A DNA stretch of 64,000 nt from Camelus ferus. Taxonomy: Eukaryota. The notes below the pieces were generated by a model. That model did no database searches and was not told where the DNA came from. It worked only from the letters and a program-made list of their open reading frames with translations. Numbering within the stretch: the first letter of the stretch is position 1; the number at the start of each line of letters is the position of its first letter. The DNA is taken from contig NC_045697.1 of NCBI RefSeq assembly GCF_009834535.1, positions 83,206,001 to 83,270,000 on the forward strand. The letters are read 5' to 3'. The translations under genes and the position numbers were made by a program. Shown piece after piece: positions 1 to 12,379 of the stretch.

Positions 1-404
1 CTTTGTTGGAGGCAAAACATTTTTTAGAAAGGAAACATTTCTCACTGATGACCTTTTAGAAATTGAATCTCATTGACATGGTCAAAGATTTCTCAAAATA
101 ACCTGGTTTTTAAGGAAAGGCCATTTTTCTTTAATGCTGTCTTTCAATTTAAAAATCAGTTCATCTTCTCTAAACAGTTTTCTCCCCCCTTGTTTCTAAA
201 ACGAGCATTCTTTGGAAATTGTAGTGTGTCTCTAATGACAATGTTGCCCAGAATAGTTCCATTGTTAGTCTTGTGCCTGCTCCGCGATGTGCTGCCTGTC
301 CAGATGCAGGAAGGAGACAAGAGCACAAAGACAGATAATGGGCACTTCTACTCTTACTGATGACACACAGAGTAAATATGAGTTAAATCTGTTCATCTTA
401 GCAT
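1..404 (-). pseudogene. Relic exon: central part of SAMD3-like domain 2 (continues beyond window edge)
   Basis: Acceptor catgttttcag| ends at 405. One frame reads LHLDRQHIAEQAQD*Q...CSF*KQGGRKLFREDELIFKLKDSIKEKWPFLKNQVILRNL*, resembling SAMD3 LDEHIKWFQQEY...TLEIRRKMI...LKDILKLFPFLK (recalled). In-frame stops. Confidence 0.6.
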
Positions 405-1082
405 CTGAAAACATGATATTTCCCAGGAACTTAATTTTAATTCCTTTTATTGGATATGTAATTTTGTCTATGAAGATAAAATTCAACCCATAAGCCACAA
501 ATAAAATATATTTAATGACTTCAAATCATATATGAAAGGTTAGCAAAGTTTCTTCCATTTGAATTTGAATTTACACTCTCCCTTTATCAAAATAAATGAT
601 AAGAAAGATCTTATTACTTCCACAGAAACAAAAAATATACTTAAGGTTATTTACGGACTGTTAGGCATCATGCCAGCTCATGGCTAAGTGATTTACACAA
701 AAAGCAAATTTAAGGTAGTTGATGAAGTGATTTTACTTGAAATCACAAATGTATTTCCAGCACTAATTATTTACTTTCACATATTATTAACTTTGTGAGC
801 ACAGAGGTATAACATATATTTTTATACTTGTGTTCCTTCTACTTTTTAAAAATTCTCTTTTAACCATAATGCTTGTTTTGTGTTAATTTTTGATTTTATT
901 TCTAGCTTCAGGTGAATGAGCTAAAGGCAATTTTCAAAACTTTAAACATCATTTGGATAACATTTTCTATTTTCTCAAGTTCTTATATTTTAAAATTAAT
1001 TAGTATTCTGTCAATGGATCTATTTCATTTATTTCAATCATGTTGTCCTCTTCTCCCATTGCATATATATTTCACTCTAATG

Positions 1083-1407
1083 CAGGGTTTTCCAGCCACA
1101 TTCTAAGGATAATTTTTACCCTTCCATGCCATTATGTTGCTGTGATTTCAAACAGTTTCTGCTTTCAAGATTGAAGCTATAGAAGGAAGTATGTGCAATC
1201 TCAGTGCACATTCAGTGACACATTTAGAGAAGCAAATTGAATCAAAATGCTAAGAAACATGAACACATTTTTAAACTCTTTCAGAGTTCACAAAAAATTA
1301 CTCCTCCTCCCAACTTTTGATTAAAAGATGAAAATACTTAAAGGTGCATAAAAATTGCAAAATTATCTCCATGGTGCACAACATCACAAAAAATTGGAAA
1401 CCAATGC
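1083..1407. mobile_element. Probable old hAT-Charlie-type non-autonomous DNA transposon
   Basis: Ends cagggttttcca ... ttggaaaccaatg form degenerate inverted termini of Charlie/MER type. Confidence 0.35.
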
Positions 1408-1420
1408 CTAGAAATATTCA

Positions 1421-1500
1421 TTTTTGACCAATTTGTCATGTTGAGCAATTTGTCATTTTGATCAATTTGTCAAATCAGCCAGTTTATTTTCAACCAATTC
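1421..1500. repeat. Short degenerate tandem repeat (~17-mer ttttgaccaatttgtca)
   Basis: Three to four adjacent copies visible directly. Confidence 0.6.
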
Positions 1501-2265
1501 ACCTATAGTTTAATAGAATCATTCTATATTTTCCCGTGTTAGCACAGAAATTTAAAAGCCCCTAAGAGAGAAAACTTGGTTCAAAGTGAATGTTCATAAT
1601 GTCTTCCAAGAAGTACATTTTTATCTGCTCCCTAGATTCCATTCCTTTCAGGAGATTCAATGACTATGTGTGCAACATAACCTAATTTATGAGTGATTTT
1701 AATATTGGCTGATATTTAATATGAGGATGTAGCATGCAAGGACCTCAAAAGTACCAATTTTACAAGATTTTAGAAATTATATCTAAGATCTATTGGAGTA
1801 AAAATAACAAGATACAGAAAAATATGATTAGCAGGAGTCTACATTTGCACAAAACAGAACAAATCAAAACAAAAGTCTGTTTTTATGACAAAGCTCTGAA
1901 CAAATAGTATTGGGGCCAAGGAATTATAGAGTAGGAAATCTCATTTTTGCTTGGTAGCTTTTTTTTATGTTATTTAGAATACTTATAAACATTTAGCCAC
2001 TTTGATAATTTAAAGATTACATAGTTGATGTGAACAGGCAGCAGTTTGGCTAAATGTACAAATAAGTTTGGGCATGTCCAGAGGAAAGCATCTCAATCTA
2101 GAGAGATAACTGGAAAGCCTGACATTCATACATTATGGGATAGAGACCCCATAAGAGGAGAACAGGTATCCTTGACTCTCTGGAGTTTAAAGGGAGATTG
2201 ACTGGTGAGCTGAGCTTCTCCTGCCATGGAGACAAAAAATGTAGAAGATAAGGCTTCCTAGGCTC

Positions 2266-2792
2266 TATCAAAGCAAAAACTGCACTAGAAAAGTTACACA
2301 AGCAAGACTTTATTCAAGACTATTGCAGAAAAAGAGAGAGACTGAACTGCTTTCTGCTAAAAGAAAAGTCAAGAAAGTTTTTAAGTGCTGAAGTGAGCTG
2401 GTAAAAAAGTACTAGAGGATGTTAGGGGCTAAGTTCATAAATGAGATGTGTCAAGCACATTGAGTTTTCTTAAATCTGCAATTTTTTTCTCTGTGATTAA
2501 GTCACCTATTTGCTAAGCAGAGCTCATTGAAGTTAGGCTCCTGCACTACTGCAGACTGGAAGATAGGGGCGCTATCTTCCTTAATGAATATATTTCAAAG
2601 GGATATCCCCTAGGTCTTGAAGAGGTTATAAAAATGGTAAGAAGCCTTTAGAAAGAAGCATCAAAAGAATTTAAAACTACCAGTTTCCTAAGGTAAATGC
2701 TCTAAGAAGAGGGAGATCAGGGGTCTATGATTAAGAATAAGCCTGTCTAAAGTTGAGTCCAGTTGAGGGGAACATTAAGGCCATCTTGGTCA
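2266..2792 (-). mobile_element. Solo ERV1-class LTR, MER31-like
   Basis: Minus strand starts tgaccaagatggccttaatgttcccctca, contains aataaagtctt and ends ...tgcagtttttgctttgata, as in recalled MER31 consensus. Confidence 0.7.
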
Positions 2793-3134
2793 TTTCTTTA
2801 AATTACTATTTATAAAACCCTTCACCACCTATGGAATCCTGAGAATACTATAATAACCAGCTATGAGCCAAAATGAGTTTTTTACAGACAAAAAATAACT
2901 TACGTAAGGGAGTCTAATAGAGAGGCAAGGTGAGGCAAATATTTCAGAACACAAAAGTCAAAGATATAAAATTGCTTAAAGAGTCAATTGTACAAATATC
3001 TAAGTAAATAATAAAGCACTTAAGATTCAGTGCATCATATAAAAATAAGATACTCTAGAGCCAAATTTATCTTAGCAAACTAAAGAAATCAATAAATGTT
3101 TTAAGGAAAGTATGTTACTTTTAAGACTCATCTT

Positions 3135-3268
3135 TTAAAATTTAGTTCACTATTTGGGGGGGGATTAAATTTTTATTAATTAATTTTTTAATGGAGATAC
3201 TGGGGACTGAACCCAGAACTTCATGCATTCTAGGCACACACTACCGCTGAGCTATACCCACCCCTGCC
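3135..3268 (-). mobile_element. tRNA-derived SINE (camelid Vic-1 type)
   Basis: Minus strand gggtatagctcagcggtag...ctgggttcagtccccagtatctcca (A/B boxes). Flanking repeat aagactcat(c)ttt at 3123 and 3269. Confidence 0.85.
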
Positions 3269-3329
3269 AAGACTCATTTTATTGGTCTGAAACTTTAAGT
3301 TCAAAAAATATGTCACAGAACACACACAT

Positions 3330-3990
3330 ACCGAGATAGAAAGCTTATGCGAGAAGAAACAGGAGATCTAATACAATAGGTCCAAAATGAGGAGGGAGGG
3401 GGGATGAAGGTATGGAAGAATGGCAATAATTAAACAACTAATAACAATAAAAATTCCTAAGTAAAAGAAAAATGTGAGTGTGCAGACTAGAAGGGCTGAC
3501 CTCTTTTTCAGGTGGAAGGATGAAAAATTACACATGCCTAAATCATAGCTCAGTACAATTCTGAACCAAAGGTTTGGAAAAAAAAAAAAACCTCAAATAC
3601 TTTGACAGAAAGAACAAATTAATTAATAGGGAAAAAAGAAAAGAAAGTGGACATCAGACATCAATCCTATTTGCCATACCAGAATTTAGAATACTATATA
3701 CATCTGCCAAGGAATAAGAAAGATCATTTACAAATATTGGATCATTATGTCGTACATTTGAAATTTATATAATGTTGCATGTCAATTACACCTGAATACG
3801 AGTAAACATACATATGTACATAGCATTCAGAAAATTAAAAGACTATCCAAAGCATCTAAAAGAAAATGCTGTGCATCAAATACCTAATGTTTGAAGTGAT
3901 GCTCTGTTTTACAAATAATCAGAAAATAGAGTCAAGTTTATGATGATCAAGGAAAAGAAGTCATGGAACCAAAAGGCCACTGTATCAAAA
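3330..3990 (+). mobile_element. Old L1 (L1M) ORF1-region fragments
   Basis: A-rich sequence with L1 ORF1-like tracts (atctaatacaataggtcc, cagactagaagggctgac). Confidence 0.45.
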
Positions 3991-4009
3991 GGATAATCAA
4001 CACACTGAT

Positions 4010-4540
4010 TTCTTCAGAAATTTTCAGAAAATGAGAGGGAGTAAGCTAAGGTTTGTAGATGACTGCAACAAGAAAGGGTTATCAGATAGTACCAGCTCCA
4101 TAGAGGGGTGTTTAGGGAGGAGAGAGAGAAAACTGCATAGAAGGAGGACTGGGGGACAATCCCCAAATGTCTCTTGCATTTCTGTGCGTCTCCTGAGCAG
4201 ACTGCCTTTCCTCTGGACCATCTATTCAAGAATGTTTATATAGGGAACAGCTTTGGAAGATAGAAATAATAAAGGGCAGAGTTGTTTACTGGCCATTATA
4301 ATGAAAATAATGTTTCTCCATATGGTAAAGTCAAGGTAGGCTTATCACCCATTTTAAAAGTTGTGTGTTCCCTAAGCTCAGGATTCCTTTCCTGTAAAGC
4401 ATCCCCACGTGTGCATATGTCACATGATCTCTTTCTGTCACCCTGCAGGAATTGGATTTGGCGGAAGTGAAAAAAGAGAAATGATGAAACTCTGGCCACT
4501 GCTATTGCTGTGAGCAATAAACTGCCCTTTATCTCCAGGA
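4010..4540 (+). mobile_element. ERVL-class LTR, MER76-like
   Basis: gaacagctttggaagatag, cctaagctcaggattcct and ctctggccactgctattgctgtgagcaataaac match recalled MER76-type LTR. Confidence 0.65.
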
Positions 4541-6300
4541 GAGAAAAGAAAGAAAGAAATACCATCCAAATAACAAAAGAAACTGAACCGAGACTTGATG
4601 GGGATGATGAAAAATGGAATGATAAATGAATATATATACATACAAACACAGAGTCAGTGTGTCTATCTCTATTAAGTCATATTTTAACGGGTAGATAGTC
4701 TGGGGAAACAAAATATAAAACCTGGAACAAAAGAGGGCATACTCTAAGGGAAACCCTCAATACTCTATATGTCCCAAAACCAAGAGTTGGGGTAAGAGGT
4801 GGTAGACATAAAATTTTTCAAATTTTCCCTTGGGGAGAAAGAAATAGGGAACAAGGAAGGGGAGAAAGGGAATAAATATGTATTTGAAGCTCTCAACACA
4901 CCAGAAAGACCTAGGAGAGGGAAAGTAAGTAAGAATATGATGGAGAGGCAAAGAAAAGCTTTTACAGCAGGGAGAGGAGGGGTTAATAGCATCTTGATTA
5001 ATTAAAAATGAGAGAGGGGGGGAAAAAAAAGGATAAAAGCATCCTTGTTTTGTGCCTGAAGGCCTCCTAGAGGACACCGAAAACCAAGAGGCAGCTTAAC
5101 AGGGGTGGACTGCAGAATCCAGGGCTTAGAAAAGCCCCACTCCAGGCCAGTGAACTGGCAGCGTCCTAATCGGCAGAACTGCGGGTGAGAGAGGCACAGG
5201 GAGGCGTTAAGGGGAGCGCTGAAGAATCACAAAAGCATGCCGAGAAGGGGTCAAGTAACTACTTCTAAATATGTGGGAAAGACTTCTTGTTCAAAGTTAA
5301 AACTTCACTTTTCTGCCTTGGAACCGAGAAAGCTGGGAGCCTGTCCTGGCGCTACCCCCTCCCCCCAGCTTCCATCCACTCATGCCTCGTGACCTCTCAA
5401 GCCCCCCGGTTGGAGGAAGGTGAGTGAGATGTGGTAATGGGACACAAAAAAGTCTTATTTGACTACTAACTATCTGGTATTGGTTTCTACTAGGTTTGAA
5501 TGTATTTGATGCCAAATGAAATCTTTCAAGTTTAAACATTTCTGACTACTTCTTCATACCATTCCGATTCACTCCGTCCAGCCCCCGACTCTGAAAATTC
5601 TCTAAACCGACTAGGACCTTTTCAATGCATAACTAATACCTCCAGCATTTCTCCTGTGGAATTTACAAGCATACCCTGAACACTATCTTCCAGTTAAATG
5701 CTTTTTCAGTAGGAAACATCTTGTTTTCAGCACACATATTTAATAGGCATATCTCTCAAGAAAACATTTTTCAGCTTCTATTTTAATGGGAAAAACATAT
5801 ACTGAAGTTCCCAAAACTTAGTATAACATTTTAAACAACAAAGAAAAAAGTGCAGGTAAATTTCAAGGTATATTCTGAATATAACTGATAAAAATGTCAG
5901 AATTAGATGTAAGCATACTGAAGACCATTTTTACATACAAAGCAATCACTAGTTATTGCCAAGCAACAATTTTAAGCTTTCTCATCTAAAATTTTTTAAA
6001 ATTTATATACAGACATTTAACTAAGATTAATTACATTTAAGGAAATTGGTCGAAGTTTTAGGGTTAATATTTCCCTAGGGTTTCTATTAGGGTTAATAAT
6101 TCTTTTTAAAATTTTTTCCTTTACACAAAATAGGATATAGGCTCTTGGTTAGCTCTTTTGCCCAAAACATCTGGTTTTCCAAAATGGATTATTAACTAAA
6201 TGAGAGTTCTCATATTTCCTCACCATCTGGCATCCAATGTCTAAGTTAATAAAATATGTATTAGTTTTCTATGATGGTAGCCCCCTTAATGCTCAACGTT

Positions 6301-7310
6301 CTGTGTTAGGGGAATCCTAGTTGCTAAAACAAACATGCATCAAGATTTCAGTGACTTAAAAAAATAAATGTTGCTGATCTCGTTACAACAGTTGCAGCCC
6401 CTGGCTTCTGGTGCTGAAGTGCCACTCCTGGCTCCTATTGCTTCAGGGCCTCATCATCCCTTTTGTCAAGCTCTGTGACCACCTTTCCTAATACAGGTCC
6501 TAGCCTACAGATAAGAGCCACCATTGTTTTTAGTGACCTGATACTTCTCTCAGGCGACATATCCCTCGTGCATTTCACAAGTGGTATGTCCTCTGGACTC
6601 TCATAAATGCATCCTGGTGGGTCTTATTGCTTCACATAATGTCCACATTCCAACATGCCTCTCTTTCTGAGCCCTTTAATCCCATTCCCCCCATCCTCCG
6701 TGATAACTCAGGCATTTCAACATTGCTCAGTATGAGCTATTGCTGTCTCCAGACTTCTAAGAGCCACCCTCCCAGTGAGTTTACTGAATCCCCTCAGGTC
6801 CTTGCCAGAGTTAACATCCTAAAAGAGCTCACTCAAGTATACTAGCTCTTACTCATCCAATCCCATGCCAATGCCATGAGTCCTCCACTGAGAAGCTCCA
6901 CAGGGCTTCAGAACTCTCAAAGTGCTCTTTGCTGGCTACCCAAAGATTCATGATGCCCTGCAAGTCCCAGTTCAGACACCAGGGAAGTCCCAACATCAAG
7001 AAGCCATGATGGGAAGCTACATTTGAAGATACACAGGGAATCACCAGAGCCAGGGACCAAAAAGGAGTTACAACCGGATATCAGGGCATCTGCAAGTCAT
7101 CAACAGCCCGGGTAGTGCCTAGTTAACAAAGAGCAATGGCCCAGGTCTCTTGGAGCAGTTTTCTTGCTCAGAGAGCAGACTGAGACTCCAGCTCTGAGGC
7201 AGTAAGAACAGATTCTAACTCAGAGCCCAGCAGTCCTGAGTCATGACCGAGTTGTAGAAATGGCTTTGTGTGAACAGGGGCGTCCTGCTGACGACTTGCA
7301 AAAATACTAG
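6301..7310 (-). mobile_element. ERVL/MaLR relic (LTR end, gag-like internal fragment, LTR)
   Basis: MLT1-like terminus at 6301-6370, ERVL-internal-like tract at 6400-6900, LTR-like tract at 7100-7310. Confidence 0.55.
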
Positions 7311-7739
7311 TTTCCCCTGTACTCAGATACTATTCAGAAGGGGAGGGAAACAAGAAGGACCCTAGGAGGCTGGAGAGGCAGATGTGCTAAGGAGTTAAAC
7401 TTTGAATTCATTGAATAAATTACCCAAAAGGCACTCATTTAGACTGAGGAAAAAAAGTTCTAAACTGGAATTTAATGACATATTTAATCATTATTGTTTA
7501 TCTCCCATTAGGGAAATGGGGGTTTATGTGCAAAATGATATCCTTTGTTAAACATAAAGGAAGTTTAGAACCCTGTGGCTTTCATATTTATTCATATTCA
7601 TGTTCCCTTAGGAGCTTTTTCTTAGGAATTTTTTCTTAAATTCTTTTGTTTACGTTCATCTATAAGAGGAGACCGTTAAATAGGAAAAAAGAACCCATTG
7701 TATTTGAGTCTTCAGTATTCATTCTAGCCTTCCTTGATA

Positions 7740-8100
7740 CAAACATAGTTTTAGGAATTGACTTCAGATCCAGGAATGGTCGTTATTAGTAAAACTACTC
7801 ACAATACCCATTTCCCTTGCCAGTAATTGGTTAAGGAACCCAGATCAATCACTGCAGGGTTTTCCCACAGCAATAGGCAAGCAACTTGTGTTAAATTAGA
7901 ATATTGGGGGGAAATGTATTCTATAGATGCAAAAGAGGAGATGTGGATACAATAAAGCATGTGGAGTCTTTTCTTACCGTAACCTGTAGTATAAGCCTTG
8001 TCAGCTAGTTTATCTTTTTTAAAATGCAAGTGCCTGGCTTAAGCTTTGATTGAGGAGGCATCCACTTCAAAGACGGCTGTCTCCAAAGAACACCTCACCA
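7740..8100 (-). pseudogene. Relic segment: N-terminal helical part of SAMD3-like domain 2
   Basis: AVFEVDASSIKA*ARHLHFKKDK...YISPQYSNLTQVACLLLWENPAVIDLGSLTNYWQGKWVL (includes ORF 7799-8029) matches the recalled SAMD3-like motif YPS..Q...VA.AL...HP.L.E.GS..G..GWK..L. Confidence 0.65.
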
Positions 8101-8529
8101 GCCCATGGGACGAGATAAAGAGGCTGGCCACCCTCGGGCCTCTCTATCCCCTACACCAGCCCTGCACCCCAGGACCCTTTGTTCTAGAGCTCTTGGTTGA
8201 TTTCGGTAACTGGCCGTTTGGGCCCTTGCTTTTTCTCTTCTCATGCTCTAAATTCCTGCTATTAGGTTTTATTCACCAATACAGAGCGAATCTGAAAAAC
8301 CCTACGCCCTCACCCTCAACTCCAATAAAAGCAGAACCCTGTCACGTGCCCTCCTTCTTCCTCCCCTGTAACCGCCCTATGTGGCCCCAAGTGTACACTG
8401 TCATTTCCAGGACTTGTAAGTAATAAACATTTCTCTCTCTCTCTTTTTCTTCCCAAAGTTTCCTGATGGCTAGTGCTGAGGGTGTCTTCAGTCACAGTAA
8501 GAACCACAAGCGTAGGTGCAGCCACAACA
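8101..8529 (+). mobile_element. ERV LTR
   Basis: TATA-like aataaaagc near 8325, polyA signal aataaa at 8422, ends ...gccacaaca. Confidence 0.6.
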
Positions 8530-8544
8530 CTGGTAATTCACAGG

Positions 8545-8771
8545 CTGAGACCGACACAAAACACAGCCATCTCACCCCAGGGAAAGAACCTCAGAGAGAA
8601 ATGAGTATTGTAAACGCAGACCGGAGGGAAGGAGGAATCTCATTCCTTAAGGATATAACTGAGCTGCTGAATCTAACGGTCGTGAACCCCCACGACTTTT
8701 GAACTTTTGGTATTTCCTTACTTGTGTCAGGCATTTTGTTATTTAGAGCCAGAAGCATCCCAACTGGTACA
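8545..8771 (+). mobile_element. MaLR LTR 3' part (old MLT1)
   Basis: tgagctgctgaatc...tttgttatttagagccagaagcatcccaactggtaca is a typical MLT1 3' end. Confidence 0.65.
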
Positions 8772-9016
8772 CACCAACATGAAAGGTCAACCTAACAATG
8801 TTCTTGCAGCCGGTGGTCCCTCTGAGTCCGTGTTATCTCAGATGGAAGACGTGTACTGCCATTCAACACCAAAGCTTTCCCAGGAGTCAGCAGCGGCTAT
8901 TCCTAAAATAGCCAAGGCAATAACCACAGTGGTGGTCAGCTTGCCTCTCCAGCCGTCGATGCTATTCTGCAGTCCTATTATCAAGATCAGTGAACTGTTC
9001 TCCTCATTGAATTCAT
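8772..9016 (-). pseudogene. Relic exon: N-terminus of SAMD3-like domain 2
   Basis: Acceptor tttttcttttatgaag|. Reads DEFNEENSSLILIIGLQNSIDGWRGKLTTTVVIALAILG...SFGVEWQYT, loosely like the LRVIL..D.RKL.L...F.LQY N-terminus of fish SAMD3-like proteins. Confidence 0.45.
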
Positions 9017-9928
9017 CTTCATAAAAGAAAAATGTTTCTTAAATTGCAGAAGAGGGTGTGTTTCAGGAAGAGAGAATATTTTCTTCTGACTAACAATAAT
9101 CTCCAAACCACTAGGGTAAAACAAATTTTTTAAATGAAAATAATTATCATATAATGACATTAATCTTGTAATTTTCATTCACATTGCTTGCTAAAAGCCC
9201 CAGCAAAAGTGCTACCTCTTCAAGTGCTCCTGTGTGGAGCTTATTTATAATATATAAACATGGGTAGAAATTACAAGGCATTCTCCAAATGAAGAATTTT
9301 AGGGGAAAAAGTTACATAAATGCAATATATCTAATTATTTTTAAAAGAGAGAGGAAGTGAGGAAAGACCTAGAAGGCTTTCTCTCTCTATCTCTACTAGT
9401 GGAAGAAATAATTAGGCATGTTTCTTAAAATGCTTCTTTATCTTAAAGCAGTTTCTCTTTTAATTATTAGTATCTGGTATTTAAATATATATTGAAAGGA
9501 ATGTAGGATATTGCAGGTAATGTTTTGTTCACTACTTTTGGAGCTAATTTGTTGTGACACTTGTAAAGTTACATGTCAGGCAGGAAATTCAAAAAGAGAT
9601 TCCAAAGGAACACACTGCCAAGTTCTCCGGGTAACTTATCTCAATTCTAGATGCAGAGCCACTGTCACAGTTAAGGGAGCTTTGCCATAGGATAATTCAG
9701 CTGATGCTTGACTTCAAAAATGCTTTTGTTTATAATATTTGCCTTTAGAATGTATCTGCATAGGGAACCCAAATTCTAATTCCAAATTCTGATATTTTGA
9801 CCTTAACTCCTAAGAGCTCCCTTTGCCACTCTTATTGTTCATTCAGGATTTACTCCAGAATTGTAAAGCTAGTCAATATTTTCTTAAAGTTATTTAGGTT
9901 TTCAAAATAGTATTAAAATGTTTAGTGA

Positions 9929-10040
9929 GGGAGGTGGGTATAGCTCAGTGGTAGAGCACAAGCTTAGCAAAGCACAAGGTCCTGGGTTCAATCCGCAGTA
10001 CCTCCATTAAAAAAAAAAAAAAAAGAAAGAAAGAAAAAGA
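9929..10040 (+). mobile_element. tRNA-derived SINE (camelid Vic-1 type)
   Basis: gggtatagctcagtggtagagc...gggttcaatccgcagtacctcca plus polyA tail. TSD aaaatg(t/a)ttagtga at 9915-9928 and 10041-10054. Confidence 0.9.
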
Positions 10041-11111
10041 AAAATGATTAGTGAAGAATAAGATGAAAACTATATAAGAAAAGAAAAGATATCTGCCGCG
10101 TCAATTTGAAAAAGCACAGCATTTACACATGAGAAAAATAAGACCCTACATATTTCCTAATGTGACATCACTCAATCTGGGTTTTAACTCACTTCCAGGA
10201 GTTTTAATTTATTTTAACTTATAAAATAAATGAGTTGTTCTAAATAGATCTATGAATAGTTCCTAAGAGCTGTAAGATATTAATCTGAGAACATACCAAT
10301 AAAATATAAAAACCACAAACAGAAAGTAAAAAATAGTAACATTTAAGTGGGATCTGTGAGAGAATTTGGAGCCCAGAAGGGTGACAAATCAGTTCTTTTG
10401 TCATGTTCCATCAATAGAACAGAATCTATAGCCTAAGTATTAATCTACAATTTTAATAACTATTATTAGGTATCCCCCACTATCTTCTTTCTAAAAAGGA
10501 AAGTACAATATTATACCTCGTTCTCTCGTATGGTATCCAAAATTCTTGTTTTTTATGGCCATCAGATGCTTTGAAATATTTTCCTTGATTTATTACTTCT
10601 AACAATTCAGCAATAAATTTTATTTTAAATTCATTCTATTTTACTTAGCTAAGAACATCCAAATTTTCTTCAACTTGGACAAGCCACTTTCTGAATTTGA
10701 GACTCAATTTTTCATCAGTTAAATGAGGGAGAGGGAATGCTGGACAAACTTGCTTCCATTATTTCTACCATCACTGAAGTTGATGACTTCACAGCCCGAT
10801 AAGAGATATCTACTACAAAATTACTTCTCTGGTGGAAAGTGGAGCTAGAGGCAAAGAATGGAAAAGTTCCCTGCAAATTACTACATGTAGCTGTCAGAGA
10901 GAATCTCAGAAATAGATTTTTTATAAAATCTTTAGATTTTTACTTATAAATTTTTTTTAAAAACTATTTTCCAAAGTAATGAAGTTATGCTTGTATTACC
11001 TGAATAATTTAAAATTATATAACCTACTAAAGTAACTATTTTGAGGTCATCATCATTCATTTGGAAATATAATTCCCCAAAATTACTCAGTAAAAGTAAC
11101 ATTCTCTAAAT

Positions 11112-11163
11112 ATTCAAGATCCTGGGAATATACACACACATATATATTCCCAGGATCTTGAAT
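11112..11163. repeat. Perfect 21-bp inverted repeat with 10-nt loop
   Basis: attcaagatcctgggaatata-cacacacata-tatattcccaggatcttgaat. Confidence 0.95.
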
Positions 11164-11269
11164 GGATATATCTTCTTGAGAATTCATACTACTTTGGTAA
11201 ACTAATTATGAATCCTTATTCAAGAAAAACGTGGCTTTTTGCCATATAACAATAAAAAGTGGTCAAATT

Positions 11270-11790
11270 CACATATACCAGGTATGTTCTAAATATTTTC
11301 TTAAAGTTCTGTTTGTAACTATCCCATTTGGGTGGTAATGAAAGGAGAGCAGATTGTGGATGGTATATGCAGAATAAATACCAGTATATACCAGTATATG
11401 ATTTATAATGTGCTCACCTTGAGAAATAGTACAAGGTCATAAGTTGTAGAGTGTTACCTATAGAATGTAGAGTTTTAAAGTAAGTGGATCAGAGATCATT
11501 TGTATTGATAAATGAGGTTTGGCCACAGAGTACTTTAATCCCTTTGTATTGCTAAATTTCTTGTCCATAGATAAGATAATGCACCTAAGACTATGGTACT
11601 ATGATAACCTGTGCTTCCCTGAATGGATCTTAAAAATAAGTTGGATCTTGGAGCTCAAAGACCAATTAAGCACCCTTTGAATAAACCTCGGGGAAAAGGA
11701 ATCAATCAGCAACAGGTTCTGCTGGAATGGCTGGGGAGAGACTGCTGTGACACGTATCCTGTCTGTTCAAATGATACCTACAGAACCAAC
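11270..11790 (-). pseudogene. Relic segment: C-terminus of SAMD3-like domain 1
   Basis: KPHLSIQMISDPLTLKLYIL*V, then after a frameshift ILVFYSAYTIHNLLSFHYHP...LRKYLEHTWYM, resembling the family C-terminus P.L.....Y.L...LF.A..VFNL.Y......FL....Y. Confidence 0.55.
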
Positions 11791-11791
11791 T

Positions 11792-12206
11792 CAGACGTAC
11801 CTTAGCGATATTGCAGGTTTGTTTTCAGACCACTACAACACAGTGAACATCTCAATAAAGCAAGTCACACAGATTGTTTGGTTTCCCATTGCATGTAAAA
11901 GTTATGTGATAGTCTATTAAGTGTGCAATAGCATCGTCTTAAAAAATGTACGTACCTTAATTAAAAACACTTCATTGCTAAAAAGTGCTAATGATCATCT
12001 TAGTCTTCGGTGAGTTGTAATCTTTTTGTTGGTAGAGGGTTTGAAATGTTGTGAGACTTACCAAAATATGACACAGAGACACGAAGTGAGCAACTGCTGT
12101 TGGAAAAAATGGCACTGATAGACTTGGCTCCACAGAGGGTTGCCACAAACCTTCAATTTGTAAGTAACACAGTATCTGTGAAATACAATGAAACAAGATA
12201 TGCCAG
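11792..12206 (-). mobile_element. Internally deleted Tigger1 derivative (TcMar-Tigger)
   Basis: Termini cagacgtacctt / aagatatgccag|ta. Internal gattgtttggtttcccattgcatgtaaaagttatg and gggttgccacaaaccttcaatttgtaa are Tigger1 hallmarks. Confidence 0.9.
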
Positions 12207-12378
12207 TACAATAGTTATGACTGCCCCATCAAAGAAGGTAGTAATTGGCAAGTCACATTCCAGCAAGGGCCATTAGCATCAGATCCACTTAGGAAAATTA
12301 TTCGTACCAAGAGAAAACAGCAAAAAATTGTTACCACATTTTGAGAAAAGCGATATATAGCAGGGTTTTGATATTACA
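12207..12378 (-). pseudogene. Relic segment of SAMD3-like domain 1 between Tigger1 and L1
   Basis: FLKMW*QFFAVFS then NVTCQLLPSLMGQS*LL, versus SAMD3 TATCLLLPDVFGDDPSLF (recalled). Confidence 0.55.
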
Positions 12379-12379
12379 A

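Noticed and set aside
8707..9024. 105-aa plus-strand ORF
   Set aside because: Starts inside an MLT1 LTR, and the rest is the antisense shadow of the minus-strand relic exon.
9929..10010. tRNA gene
   Set aside because: PolyA tail, TSD and two related copies (3135-3268, 32289-32394) mark it as a tRNA-derived SINE.
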